Shown in pieces: positions 38,327 through 46,524 of a stretch of DNA of 64,000 bases. How positions within the stretch are numbered: position 1 is the stretch's first letter; every line of letters begins with the position of its first letter. The notes below the pieces were generated by a model. It saw only the letters and a program-made list of their open reading frames with translations, searched no databases and was not told where the DNA came from. Made by a program: the position numbers and the translations under genes. The stretch is from contig JACRME010000015.1 of assembly GCA_016235045.1 (NCBI GenBank), positions 3,296-67,295 on the forward strand, written 5' to 3'. The DNA comes from Nitrosomonadales bacterium. Lineage in GTDB: Bacteria; Pseudomonadota; Gammaproteobacteria; Burkholderiales; Gallionellaceae.

Positions 38327-39327
38327 TGTTGTTCCAACCGGCCATCATCGCGCTGTTGCTGGCATCCGCCGTCAGCGTGCTGATGCTTGCCGCCGCAGCG
38401 CCGTACGCCTGGCAGTTGGCGCGCCACTGGGACATCGCCAGCGGATCGGAACTGCAGTTGCGCCTGGAACGGCGCACCTATCTGCTGTCCACCTTGCTCA
38501 CCTTCGTCTTTGCCACGCAACTGGCGAGCCTGCTGCTGTTCATTTTCAACGCCGACAAGATGGCGGTGATGTTCGTCGGCGCCATGTGCGCGGTGGGTAC
38601 GCTCAACGCCAATGCCTGGGGCTTCCCCGCGCTGTTCGCGCAGATCGCGGTGTTCTTCATGGCGGCGGTGTGGCTGGTGCTCAATCACGTCGATACCCGC
38701 GCTTACGACTATCCGCTGGTGCGCACGAAATACATTTTGCTCATGGGCATCCTGCCGTTTGTCGTGCTTTCGTTTGCTTTGCAGCTCGCGTATTTCCTTA
38801 ACCTCAAGGCCGACATCATTACTTCCTGCTGCGGCAGCCTGTTTTCCGGCGACGCGCAGACGCTCGCCGCCGACGCCTCGGCGTTGCCGCCGCAACCGGC
38901 AATGCTGTTGTTTTATGGCGCGTTGCTGCTGGCTGTTGCTGCCGCCATCTTCCATGCGCGCAAACTGCGCGCGGCCTATCTCGTCGCCGCGTCTTCCGCC
39001 GCCGCCTTCGTCGTCGCGCTGACCGGCATCCTGTCGTTCGTCTCGCTGTATGTGTACGAACACCCGCACCACCATTGCCCGTTCTGCCTGCTCAAGCCGG
39101 AGTACGACTATCAGGGCTACTGGCTGTATCTGCCGCTGTTCGCCGCGACCGCCGCCGGATTGAGTGTCGGTACCATTCAACCTTTTGCGCGCGTGCCCAG
39201 CCTTGCCGCTATCGTGCCGCAAATCGCACGCCGCCTGGCTTGGGTGGCGGCGCTGGGCTTTGCTTTGTTTGCTGCGGTGGCGACGTTCATGGTCGCCCAT
39301 TCCAATTTGATTTTGTTGAAAGACTGA
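38326..39327 (+). CDS. Polytopic membrane protein with Cys/His motifs
   Basis: Multiple TM helices; MCAVG, TSCCGS, HPHHHCPFC. Confidence 0.75.
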   Translation: MLFQPAIIALLLASAVSVLMLAAAAPYAWQLARHWDIASGSELQLRLERRTYLLSTLLTFVFATQLASLLLFIFNADKMAVMFVGAMCAVGTLNANAWGFPALFAQIAVFFMAAVWLVLNHVDTRAYDYPLVRTKYILLMGILPFVVLSFALQLAYFLNLKADIITSCCGSLFSGDAQTLAADASALPPQPAMLLFYGALLLAVAAAIFHARKLRAAYLVAASSAAAFVVALTGILSFVSLYVYEHPHHHCPFCLLKPEYDYQGYWLYLPLFAATAAGLSVGTIQPFARVPSLAAIVPQIARRLAWVAALGFALFAAVATFMVAHSNLILLKD

Positions 39328-39328
39328 G

Positions 39329-39829
39329 ATGCTGCGTTTCCTGTTGCCGGTGCTGTTCGTTTCCCTGCTCGCCGCCTGCGAGCGCGGGGCGCCCAAATAC
39401 AATGTCGGCAGCATTGCTCCGGCTTTTTCCACTATCTATATGGATGGCAAGGCCGTGCATTTCCCCGGGGATTTTCGCGGCAAGCCGGTGGTCATCCGCT
39501 TCTGGGCGGACTGGTGCCACACCTGCGAAGGCGAAATGAAAACCATCGAAACGGTTTATCAGAACCGGCACGCCCAAGGGTTGCAACTACTGGCCGTCAA
39601 TACCGGACAAGACAAGGACACGGTCACTGCATTCATCCGCAAGATCGGCATCAGCTACCCGTCGCTGCTGGACGAGAAAGCAGATATCGCACGCCAGTAC
39701 GGCGTGGTCGGGTTGCCGACCACCTTCTTCATCGGTGCCGACGGCATCATCAAATCCAAGGTGGTGGGTGAAGCCGATGTGGCGATTTTCGACAAACTTG
39801 CCGGGGAATTGATCGATGGAACACGCTAA
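39329..39829 (+). CDS. TlpA/ResA-like thioredoxin lipoprotein
   Basis: Lipobox LAAC, FWADWCHTC, GLPTTFFI. Confidence 0.9.
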   Translation: MLRFLLPVLFVSLLAACERGAPKYNVGSIAPAFSTIYMDGKAVHFPGDFRGKPVVIRFWADWCHTCEGEMKTIETVYQNRHAQGLQLLAVNTGQDKDTVTAFIRKIGISYPSLLDEKADIARQYGVVGLPTTFFIGADGIIKSKVVGEADVAIFDKLAGELIDGTR

Positions 39830-40505
39830 CCAAATTTCTTACGGCCTCGCCTTCATGACCGGCATCCTCGGCACCGGTCATTGCCTCGGCATGTGCGGCG
39901 GTCTGGTGTCCGGCTTCTTCATGCGCCAGGGCGCAAAGAGCATCGCACCCTATCTGGCCTACCACGCGGCGCGCGTTTCGGTGTATGTGCTGATTGGCCT
40001 GATTGCGGCGAGTCTGGGTGCGGTGCTGGCGCAGACCGGCCTGTTCGGCAAGCTGCAGGGGATATTGCAGATCGTCGCCGGACTGGTGGTCATCCTGCTT
40101 GGCTTCGACATCCTGGGCGTGCTGCCGATCAGCAACACACTGCATTTTGCGCCGATGAAATGGATCTTCCGGCAATTCGCCACTGCCACGCGGCAAGGCC
40201 CGGTGGCCGGGTCGTTCATCGGCGGTGCGGTCAACGGACTCATGCCCTGTTCGATGGTGATGGCGATGGCGGTGCAGGCCACCACCGCTCCCGGCCCGCT
40301 GGAAGGCGGCTTGTTGTTGCTGGCTTTCGGCCTGGGCACGTTGCCGGCCATGTTCGCCGCCGGTTATCTGTTCGGCAAACTGGGGATCAAGGCGCGCGGC
40401 TGGCTGATCCGCAGTGCGGCGCTGTTCGTCATCGCGCTCGGGATTTCCACCTTGTGGCAGGGGCTGACTTATTACAGCGTGATGCGCAACCTGGCGAACT
40501 GGTGA
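39816..40505 (+). CDS. DsbD_2/TauE-like membrane protein
   Basis: GHCLGMCGG, GLMPC, FGLGTLP. Confidence 0.85.
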   Translation: MEHANQISYGLAFMTGILGTGHCLGMCGGLVSGFFMRQGAKSIAPYLAYHAARVSVYVLIGLIAASLGAVLAQTGLFGKLQGILQIVAGLVVILLGFDILGVLPISNTLHFAPMKWIFRQFATATRQGPVAGSFIGGAVNGLMPCSMVMAMAVQATTAPGPLEGGLLLLAFGLGTLPAMFAAGYLFGKLGIKARGWLIRSAALFVIALGISTLWQGLTYYSVMRNLANW

Positions 40506-40603
40506 GGCTGCTTTCGAATAAGTACTTAAGAGGAGCGAGCAGGGAGAGCAGTACCGGTATTTTATGAATCGCTTTGTATTTTTAACTTGAAAAGGAGTAT
40601 CAA

Positions 40604-41203
40604 ATGAAACGACGCGACATGCTGAAACTTTCCGTTTCCGCCCTCGGTCTTGCGGCGTTGCCGGCGCAGGCTGCCGAATCCTGCACGGGCGACGGCACGC
40701 CGGCGCAGTTCGTGCCCAAGAAGGCGCCCGATGCCAAGGCATCCGAAAACGACATCGAGAAATATGCCAAGTGCCCGTACTGCGGCATGGATCGCAAGCA
40801 ATACCATCATTCGCGCATGCTCGTGCATTACAGCGACGACCTGGCCGACGGCACCTGTTCCCTGCACTGTGCGGCAATCAGCCTGTCGCTCAACGTCGAC
40901 CGCGAGCCGAAGGCGATCTACGTCGCGGATAACGCCTCCGCCGCAGAGATCAAACCGCTGGTCGAAGTCGGCAATGCCACCTTCCTGATCGGCAGCCAGC
41001 TCAAGGGTGTGATGACCAAGCGCAGCAAGGTCGCCTACGGCAATGCCGATGCGCTCAAGGCATCGCAGGCGACCAACGGCGGCGAGCCGGGCAACTTCGA
41101 CGCGGCACTGCTGGCTGCGTACACCGATATGGCGCAGGACGTGTCGATGATCCGCAAGAACCGCGAAGAGCGGCGCAAGAAAATGATGATGAAGCCAAGC
41201 TGA
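40604..41203 (+). CDS. Tat-exported NosL-like metal-binding protein
   Basis: KRRDMLK signal, CPYCGM, CSLHC, GVMT. Confidence 0.8.
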   Translation: MKRRDMLKLSVSALGLAALPAQAAESCTGDGTPAQFVPKKAPDAKASENDIEKYAKCPYCGMDRKQYHHSRMLVHYSDDLADGTCSLHCAAISLSLNVDREPKAIYVADNASAAEIKPLVEVGNATFLIGSQLKGVMTKRSKVAYGNADALKASQATNGGEPGNFDAALLAAYTDMAQDVSMIRKNREERRKKMMMKPS

Positions 41204-41204
41204 C

Positions 41205-41699
41205 ATGATGCTGTTTAAACGACTCGTCATGCTGTCGTTCCTCACTCTCTGGGCTGCATTTGCTGCCGCCCAGGAGGGGGTTGTCGTGCCCAAGCCGGGG
41301 GCGAAGGAACTGTGTCCGGTGTGCGGCATGCTGGTATCGAAATATCCCAACTGGGTCGCCGTGGTGCGCTACCGCGACGGTCACGCGCATTTCTTCGACG
41401 GCGCCAAGGATATGTTCAAGTATTTGCATGATTACGCCAGATACGCACCCGGCCATCGCAAGGAAGACATCGCGGGCATCCACGTCACCGAATTCTACGG
41501 CCTGGGCAAAATGGATGCGCACCAGGCTTTTTACGTCATCGGCTCCGATGTGCCCGGCCCGATGGGACATGAGTTCGTACCGCTGGCAACGCGCGCCGAT
41601 GCCGAAGAATTCTTCAAGGACCACAAAGGCAAGCAAATACTGACTTTCGAGCAGGTCAGCGCCGCCCTCATCGAGCGGGTCGACGACGGCAAGTTCTGA
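41205..41699 (+). CDS. NosL family protein
   Basis: Signal peptide, CPVCGM, FFDGAKDM, GSDVPGPMG, DHKGK. Confidence 0.85.
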   Translation: MMLFKRLVMLSFLTLWAAFAAAQEGVVVPKPGAKELCPVCGMLVSKYPNWVAVVRYRDGHAHFFDGAKDMFKYLHDYARYAPGHRKEDIAGIHVTEFYGLGKMDAHQAFYVIGSDVPGPMGHEFVPLATRADAEEFFKDHKGKQILTFEQVSAALIERVDDGKF

Positions 41700-41764
41700 A
41701 CGTCGGCCGGTCGGCTGGCTCCGTGCCGCGACCGCAAAAACCGACAGCCCGGGTTACATTGCTT

Positions 41765-41780
41765 TGTCACAATCGCTACA
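41765..41780 (+). promoter_or_regulatory. NifA UAS
   Basis: TGTCACAATCGCTACA. Confidence 0.8.
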
Positions 41781-41854
41781 AAATTGCCAGTTCCCGCGTC
41801 CTGCTGGAGCATAACCCCCGCGTCATTATTGGCTTTGCGCCAGCTTTGCCGTTT

Positions 41855-41870
41855 TGGCACGGTGGTTGCT
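41855..41870 (+). promoter_or_regulatory. sigma54 promoter of the LRV-FeS unit
   Basis: TGGCACGGTGGTTGCT. Confidence 0.88.
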
Positions 41871-41918
41871 CATATCCTCCCCAACTGGATTGCGGAGCAA
41901 CAATTGAAGGTTTTCAAC

Positions 41919-42686
41919 ATGCCCGAACGTCATGCTGGTGCGTCGCCGTTGGCTGAAGTCGTGCGCGTCGATTGCGCGGCGTGCCCGCATCGCGCGTTAT
42001 TGGCTGAAGGAAAATGCGTGCCGGGCGACGTGTGCCTGATCGCACCAAGCGGGCGCCAGATCGACCGCTTTCTGCGACGCAATCCGCAATATGCCCAGGA
42101 ATACCTGACCGATTCGTTCTGGGAACGGCGCGCAATCGCGATGCGCTACGCGCCGCTGGAAATGGTGCGGCATCTGCCGCACGATGCGGACGAGGTGGTG
42201 CGCCGTGTGGTGGCAAGCCGCTTGCCCATTGACGATCTGGGCGATTACCTGCGCGATCCGGATCGCGAGGTGCGCATGACGGTGGCCGCGCGCATCGCGC
42301 CGGAGCGGTTGACCGCCCTGTTGGGCGATGACGATTATCTGGTGCGCCTGCAGGTGGCAAAACGCCTGCCGCACGGCCAGTTGCCGCGCATGGCGAACGA
42401 TGAAGATCGCGAAGTGCGCAAGGAGATCGCGCGGCGCTTGCCGACATTCGCCTTGCGCCTGTTGGCGAAAGACGAGGACGTGGAAGTGCGCCGCATCGTC
42501 GCGTCGCGCGTGCTGTCCGACGATGCAATGCAGATGCTGGGTGACGCCGACTGGGTGGTGCGGCTTGAGGCAGTGCAGCGCGCTCCGCTTGAGGACATCA
42601 CCGAACTGGTGGACGACGATGAGCCGGAAGTGCGCGCCGCAGTACGGCAACGATTGAATGATTTTTTGCAGGGAGACGACAAATGA
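41919..42686 (+). CDS. 4Fe-4S-binding leucine-rich repeat variant (LRV) protein
   Basis: N-terminal CAAC..C..C cluster and 24-residue D.D.EVR..VA.RL repeats. Confidence 0.88.
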   Translation: MPERHAGASPLAEVVRVDCAACPHRALLAEGKCVPGDVCLIAPSGRQIDRFLRRNPQYAQEYLTDSFWERRAIAMRYAPLEMVRHLPHDADEVVRRVVASRLPIDDLGDYLRDPDREVRMTVAARIAPERLTALLGDDDYLVRLQVAKRLPHGQLPRMANDEDREVRKEIARRLPTFALRLLAKDEDVEVRRIVASRVLSDDAMQMLGDADWVVRLEAVQRAPLEDITELVDDDEPEVRAAVRQRLNDFLQGDDK

Positions 42687-43648
42687 GCATCTATACGCCC
42701 GATGAAACCACGCTGCACAATCTGGAAAGCGAGATCGAAGCAACTTCGCCGCGCCCGCATCACAGCGCAATGCTGGAAATCGCCAACCGCATTTGCACCG
42801 GCTGCACTTTTCACTATGCGCTGAACCGCGGCGGCTGGTATCGCTCCGGCGGCGTCGTTGCGGCGGACGGAACGCGTATTGCCGAGGACCTGGGGACATG
42901 GGCGAAAGCGGAACTGAAAGCGTGCGGCGACGACATGCACGAACTGGTCGAGCGTTATGACGACAGCGGTTTGCTGGTGACGCGCCATTCCGGGCGCACC
43001 CACTACCTGGTCGCGTCCTACGGCCCATCCCCCGCGGATTTCCTGCAACTGGAAGTCGAAGAATTGCAGGAAGTGCTGGATCGCGAGCTGATCAATCCGG
43101 ATGCCCCGCCGGACGACGTGCAGGAGCTGATCGAACCGTTGCAGCCCAGCCAGCTTGAGGCGCAGCCGGTTGCCGCGCCGCGCTACCGTTTCCGCCGTCT
43201 GCTCGACATGCGCCAGACCGTTGCCAGGGTATCCACCGCCGATGGCCGCAACGCCGGATTCGCGCGTCTGCTTTCCGAGTGGGCGCACAGCAGCGCGGCG
43301 TCGCGCGGCCATTTCAGCGATCACTGGATTGTCGCGTTGCGCGAACACCAGGATCGTTACCGCAACCCGGTGATTTCCGCATCGCTGGTTTCGCGCCAGG
43401 CGCGCACGCTCAAGCCGTTCCAGTGGAACCTCGAACTGTCCGGAGTGGACATGCTGAAGCAGTTGCAGGCCTTCGACCGCGCCGCCGGTTATCCGTCGGC
43501 GTGGTATTTCCACCTCGTCGGCGGCACCTTCACTCCGCCCGGGATTGCCTACGCAGTCGCGCGCGACCTGGAGTCGGGTTTCAGTTACCTGCCGGATACC
43601 GAGGCTGTGTTGGTGAAGGGCTGGGCGGCGGCGCCGTACTCTGTCTAG
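42683..43648 (+). CDS. Conserved hypothetical protein co-transcribed with LRV
   Basis: ATGA overlap with the LRV gene; 321-aa ORF with host-like codon usage. Confidence 0.75.
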   Translation: MSIYTPDETTLHNLESEIEATSPRPHHSAMLEIANRICTGCTFHYALNRGGWYRSGGVVAADGTRIAEDLGTWAKAELKACGDDMHELVERYDDSGLLVTRHSGRTHYLVASYGPSPADFLQLEVEELQEVLDRELINPDAPPDDVQELIEPLQPSQLEAQPVAAPRYRFRRLLDMRQTVARVSTADGRNAGFARLLSEWAHSSAASRGHFSDHWIVALREHQDRYRNPVISASLVSRQARTLKPFQWNLELSGVDMLKQLQAFDRAAGYPSAWYFHLVGGTFTPPGIAYAVARDLESGFSYLPDTEAVLVKGWAAAPYSV

Positions 43649-43672
43649 GACAGCGCCGACTGGTCGTTTTCC

Positions 43673-44224
43673 CTAAGTGCGAAGGAACCCGAGAAACTCG
43701 CGGCGCGACACTTCCCGTTGCCAGCCGCATTCCCGTTTCTTTTCCTCCATCACCCGGTCGCGGACTTTGATGACCTCATCCCAGGCGGCAAACACCGCAC
43801 CGGCGGAATCATATTGCCCCATCGACTGCACCAGCGGCTGCAGCAGGAAATGCCCGAGTGCGGGCAGGTAGTTGAGGTGCGCCTTCAATGTCTCGCCCAG
43901 CAGGGTGAATTCAAGCTGTGGGCCGATCACTAGAAAAGGTGCCGCCGCACATTCGCTTGCGCTCCAGCCGGACGGAATGAGCAGGCCGGGATCGCGTTCG
44001 GGCAGGAACACTCGCGCCATCATCCACGGCGTCAGCAACAGGAATATGCACCAGCCGTCGGTGCGGCGGTAGGCACGGATCTCGATCGGCAAGTCGTGGT
44101 TGACCTGAAACTCGTGGCTGAAATACCTGCGGTAGATTTCGCCGAAGCTTTTACTCACCGCAGCGACCACCGCCCGGTCATCGCTTGCGGGCGCTGCACC
44201 GAGTTTCCACGCGCTGTCAGTCAA
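43673..44224 (-). CDS. HybE/HupJ-like chaperone
   Basis: VN..L, LLTPWMM, C-terminal VSRREFL typical of the HybE family. Confidence 0.65.
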   Translation of the reverse strand: MTDSAWKLGAAPASDDRAVVAAVSKSFGEIYRRYFSHEFQVNHDLPIEIRAYRRTDGWCIFLLLTPWMMARVFLPERDPGLLIPSGWSASECAAAPFLVIGPQLEFTLLGETLKAHLNYLPALGHFLLQPLVQSMGQYDSAGAVFAAWDEVIKVRDRVMEEKKRECGWQREVSRREFLGFLRT

Positions 44225-44729
44225 GAGACAACTCCGCCAGTTGCCGGCCGAACAGCCGGTACAGAAGCAACCGGCTTTCCTGCTGCAATGCCGAACCGAA
44301 CTTGGGCAGCCAGGCGGAAAGATGTTCCCGCCATAATTCCAGCAACAGCTCGCTGCTGTGATTGCAGGGTTGCTCGCTCAGATAAGCGGCGCACTCCAGC
44401 TGGGTGCCGAGATAGTCCGGCGGCAAGCTTTCAGCCTGCAGACCGGCGCGGCGGTACAGGTCGCCGAGCTGGTCGGAGGCCGTGCTGAACATGGTTCCTC
44501 TGAGGAAAGCCGATTCGAACGGCGGGCAGACGGTTTTCGGATGGCCGGAGATGAACAGGCGCGTGTGTTCGGCCTGCCATTCCTCCAGCGGCGTTTGCTC
44601 CAGTTCCGCGACCGGCTTGACCAGCCAGGCGTGCTGCGCAGTCAATTCGCGCAGCACGTCCAGCGATTCGTTGCCGGGACTGGCCAGCAGGCCGGAAAGC
44701 AGCCGCAGGATTTCGGGAGAGGCGTTCAC
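44217..44729 (-). CDS. TorD/DmsD family molybdoenzyme chaperone
   Basis: EHTRLF, PPFESAF, LPPDYLGTQLE, EHL.AWLPKF. Confidence 0.85.
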   Translation of the reverse strand: MNASPEILRLLSGLLASPGNESLDVLRELTAQHAWLVKPVAELEQTPLEEWQAEHTRLFISGHPKTVCPPFESAFLRGTMFSTASDQLGDLYRRAGLQAESLPPDYLGTQLECAAYLSEQPCNHSSELLLELWREHLSAWLPKFGSALQQESRLLLYRLFGRQLAELSLD

Positions 44730-44763
44730 AGTCTAACTCCAGAAAATCCATTAGCCGTTTTAT

Positions 44764-44922
44764 CCCCTCCCCCTTGCAGGGGGATAACCAGCGACTTGGC
44801 TGGCGTCGTTTGCCAGCCTAGACGAATGGCTAGTAGTTCCATCAGGGTTAGGGAGGGGGTAGAAACGGTATTGCTGCACAACTCTACCCCCATCCTAACC
44901 TTCCCCCTGCAAGGGGGAAGGA
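44764..44922. repeat. CCCTCCCC-family REP pair carrying the 60-bp insert
   Basis: Same architecture as 6081-6242. Confidence 0.88.
44784..44843 (+). mobile_element. 60-bp nested element, copy 3
   Basis: ATAACCAGCGACTTGGCTGGCGTCGTTTGCCAGCCTAGACGAATGGCTAGTAGTTCCATC followed by AGG. Confidence 0.8.
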
Positions 44923-44952
44923 ACGAGTTTGGCTCTAATGTATTAATTGGTT

Positions 44953-45909
44953 TTACCACGGATAGGAGTACGTGCCCGCATACATGAAATAGTGCCGCAG
45001 CATGTAACCGCCCATCAGCACCAGCAATCCCGCCGCCACGCTGGGGTAACGCCCGCTCCACCCCTTGATCACGCCTTTCAATTCGAGCAGGAACGGCACC
45101 AGCAGACCGAAGCCGATGAAACCGATCAGCCAGCCCATGTCGTGCCACAGCAGTTGCGCCGAGCGGTAGCCGGATTCCGAGCCGGACAGGGTGTAGTTGA
45201 AGAACGAAAACAGGATCACCAGTTCGGCGGCGATGAGGATCACATCGAACAACTCAAAGCGGTGGCGCAGATCCTGGTCGAATTCGTCGCGGATGAAGGT
45301 GTTCATGATCACCAGCAAATAGGCGAACGCGGTCGAGAAGGCGGACACCGTGAACAGCAGCGGCACGCCGGGGTTATGCCACAGGGCCACTGCCGGGAAC
45401 GACTGCAGCAGGAGGCCGGTATAGACGGCGGTGCCGATGCCGTTGATGGTGGCGAACCAGCCAACGATGCGGCGGTACTTCATGCAGGTATCGGACAGCC
45501 ACACCACGATCTTCGACCGCAGCATTGCTCCGACCAGCGGCATGTTCATGAACACCGGCGTTTCACGCATGTAGGGGAACGCGTAAATCGTGCCCCATAC
45601 CATCATCCACAGGATGAACTGGGTGCCCCAGGCGATCCAGGCGCTCGGTTGTTGAATCAGCACCAGCGGATTGAGCACGTGGATCACCGCCGTGTGATGC
45701 AGCAGGTGGCCGAACAGCACGGCCGAACTGATGCCGAGCATGGCCACGCCGGACAGCGCGCCCCACATCACCAGCTTGGGATGCGGTCGGCAATACATGT
45801 CGGTGAGGAAGCTGATCGAAAGCGTTGCCGCCCCCAGCCCGCCGAAGAACAGGTACATGGCGATCCACCAGGTCCACAGGCTTTGCGTCGTATAGGTCAT
45901 AGTGTCCAT
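44953..45909 (-). CDS. NrfD/PsrC family membrane anchor
   Basis: WWIAMYLFFGGLGA, YTGLLL, LWHNP, GGYMLR. Confidence 0.9.
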   Translation of the reverse strand: MDTMTYTTQSLWTWWIAMYLFFGGLGAATLSISFLTDMYCRPHPKLVMWGALSGVAMLGISSAVLFGHLLHHTAVIHVLNPLVLIQQPSAWIAWGTQFILWMMVWGTIYAFPYMRETPVFMNMPLVGAMLRSKIVVWLSDTCMKYRRIVGWFATINGIGTAVYTGLLLQSFPAVALWHNPGVPLLFTVSAFSTAFAYLLVIMNTFIRDEFDQDLRHRFELFDVILIAAELVILFSFFNYTLSGSESGYRSAQLLWHDMGWLIGFIGFGLLVPFLLELKGVIKGWSGRYPSVAAGLLVLMGGYMLRHYFMYAGTYSYPW

Positions 45910-45912
45910 GAT

Positions 45913-46524
45913 TTAACCTTTCCGCTTCATGTCTTCGATGTAATACACATTCGGCCGGGTGCCGAAGTGCGCCATCAGCGGCTGTGCCGCGCCGCTCATC
46001 ACGATCTGCGCCACCGGATCGGACGGGTTGTCCAGATCGCCGAACAGCCGCGCCGAACCGACGCAGGTCTCGACACAGGCGGGCTTCATTCCCTTGTCGA
46101 CGCGATGCGCGCAGAACGAGCACTTGTCCATGCCCGAACTGGTGCGCTGCAGTTCGCCGTAGAATTCCTTGCCTTCGCGGATGTCGCTATAGGTGACTTC
46201 GTAGCGCGCATCGTACGGACAGGCCATGGCGCAGGCGCGGCAGCCCATGCAGTAATCGGGATTGATCATCACGATGCCGTCGGCACGTTTGGATGTGGCG
46301 CCGGTCGGGCACACGGTCAGGCAGGGCGGGTTGTCGCAGTGGTTGCACAGGTGCGGAAAGAAGCGCCGCCGCACCATTTCGTTGGTGCCGATTTCCTTCT
46401 CCGGCACATAGGTGCGCCACTTGTTTTTCCATACCGGCGTCTGGTTTTCCATTGCGCAGGCAGCCATGCAGGCGTTGCAGCCGACACAAGTATTCAGGTC
46501 AATGACCATGGCGTAGTGAGTCAT
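45913..46524 (-). CDS. Four-cluster Fe-S subunit (PsrB/NrfC type)
   Basis: CVGCNACMAAC, CNHCDNPPC..VCP, CMGCRACAMACP, KCSFC..PACVETC. Confidence 0.93.
   Translation of the reverse strand: MTHYAMVIDLNTCVGCNACMAACAMENQTPVWKNKWRTYVPEKEIGTNEMVRRRFFPHLCNHCDNPPCLTVCPTGATSKRADGIVMINPDYCMGCRACAMACPYDARYEVTYSDIREGKEFYGELQRTSSGMDKCSFCAHRVDKGMKPACVETCVGSARLFGDLDNPSDPVAQIVMSGAAQPLMAHFGTRPNVYYIEDMKRKG

Noticed and set aside
40604..44224. N2O reductase or hydrogenase operon
   Set aside because: Only NosL-like and HybE-like accessory genes; no nosZ or hydrogenase subunits in the window.
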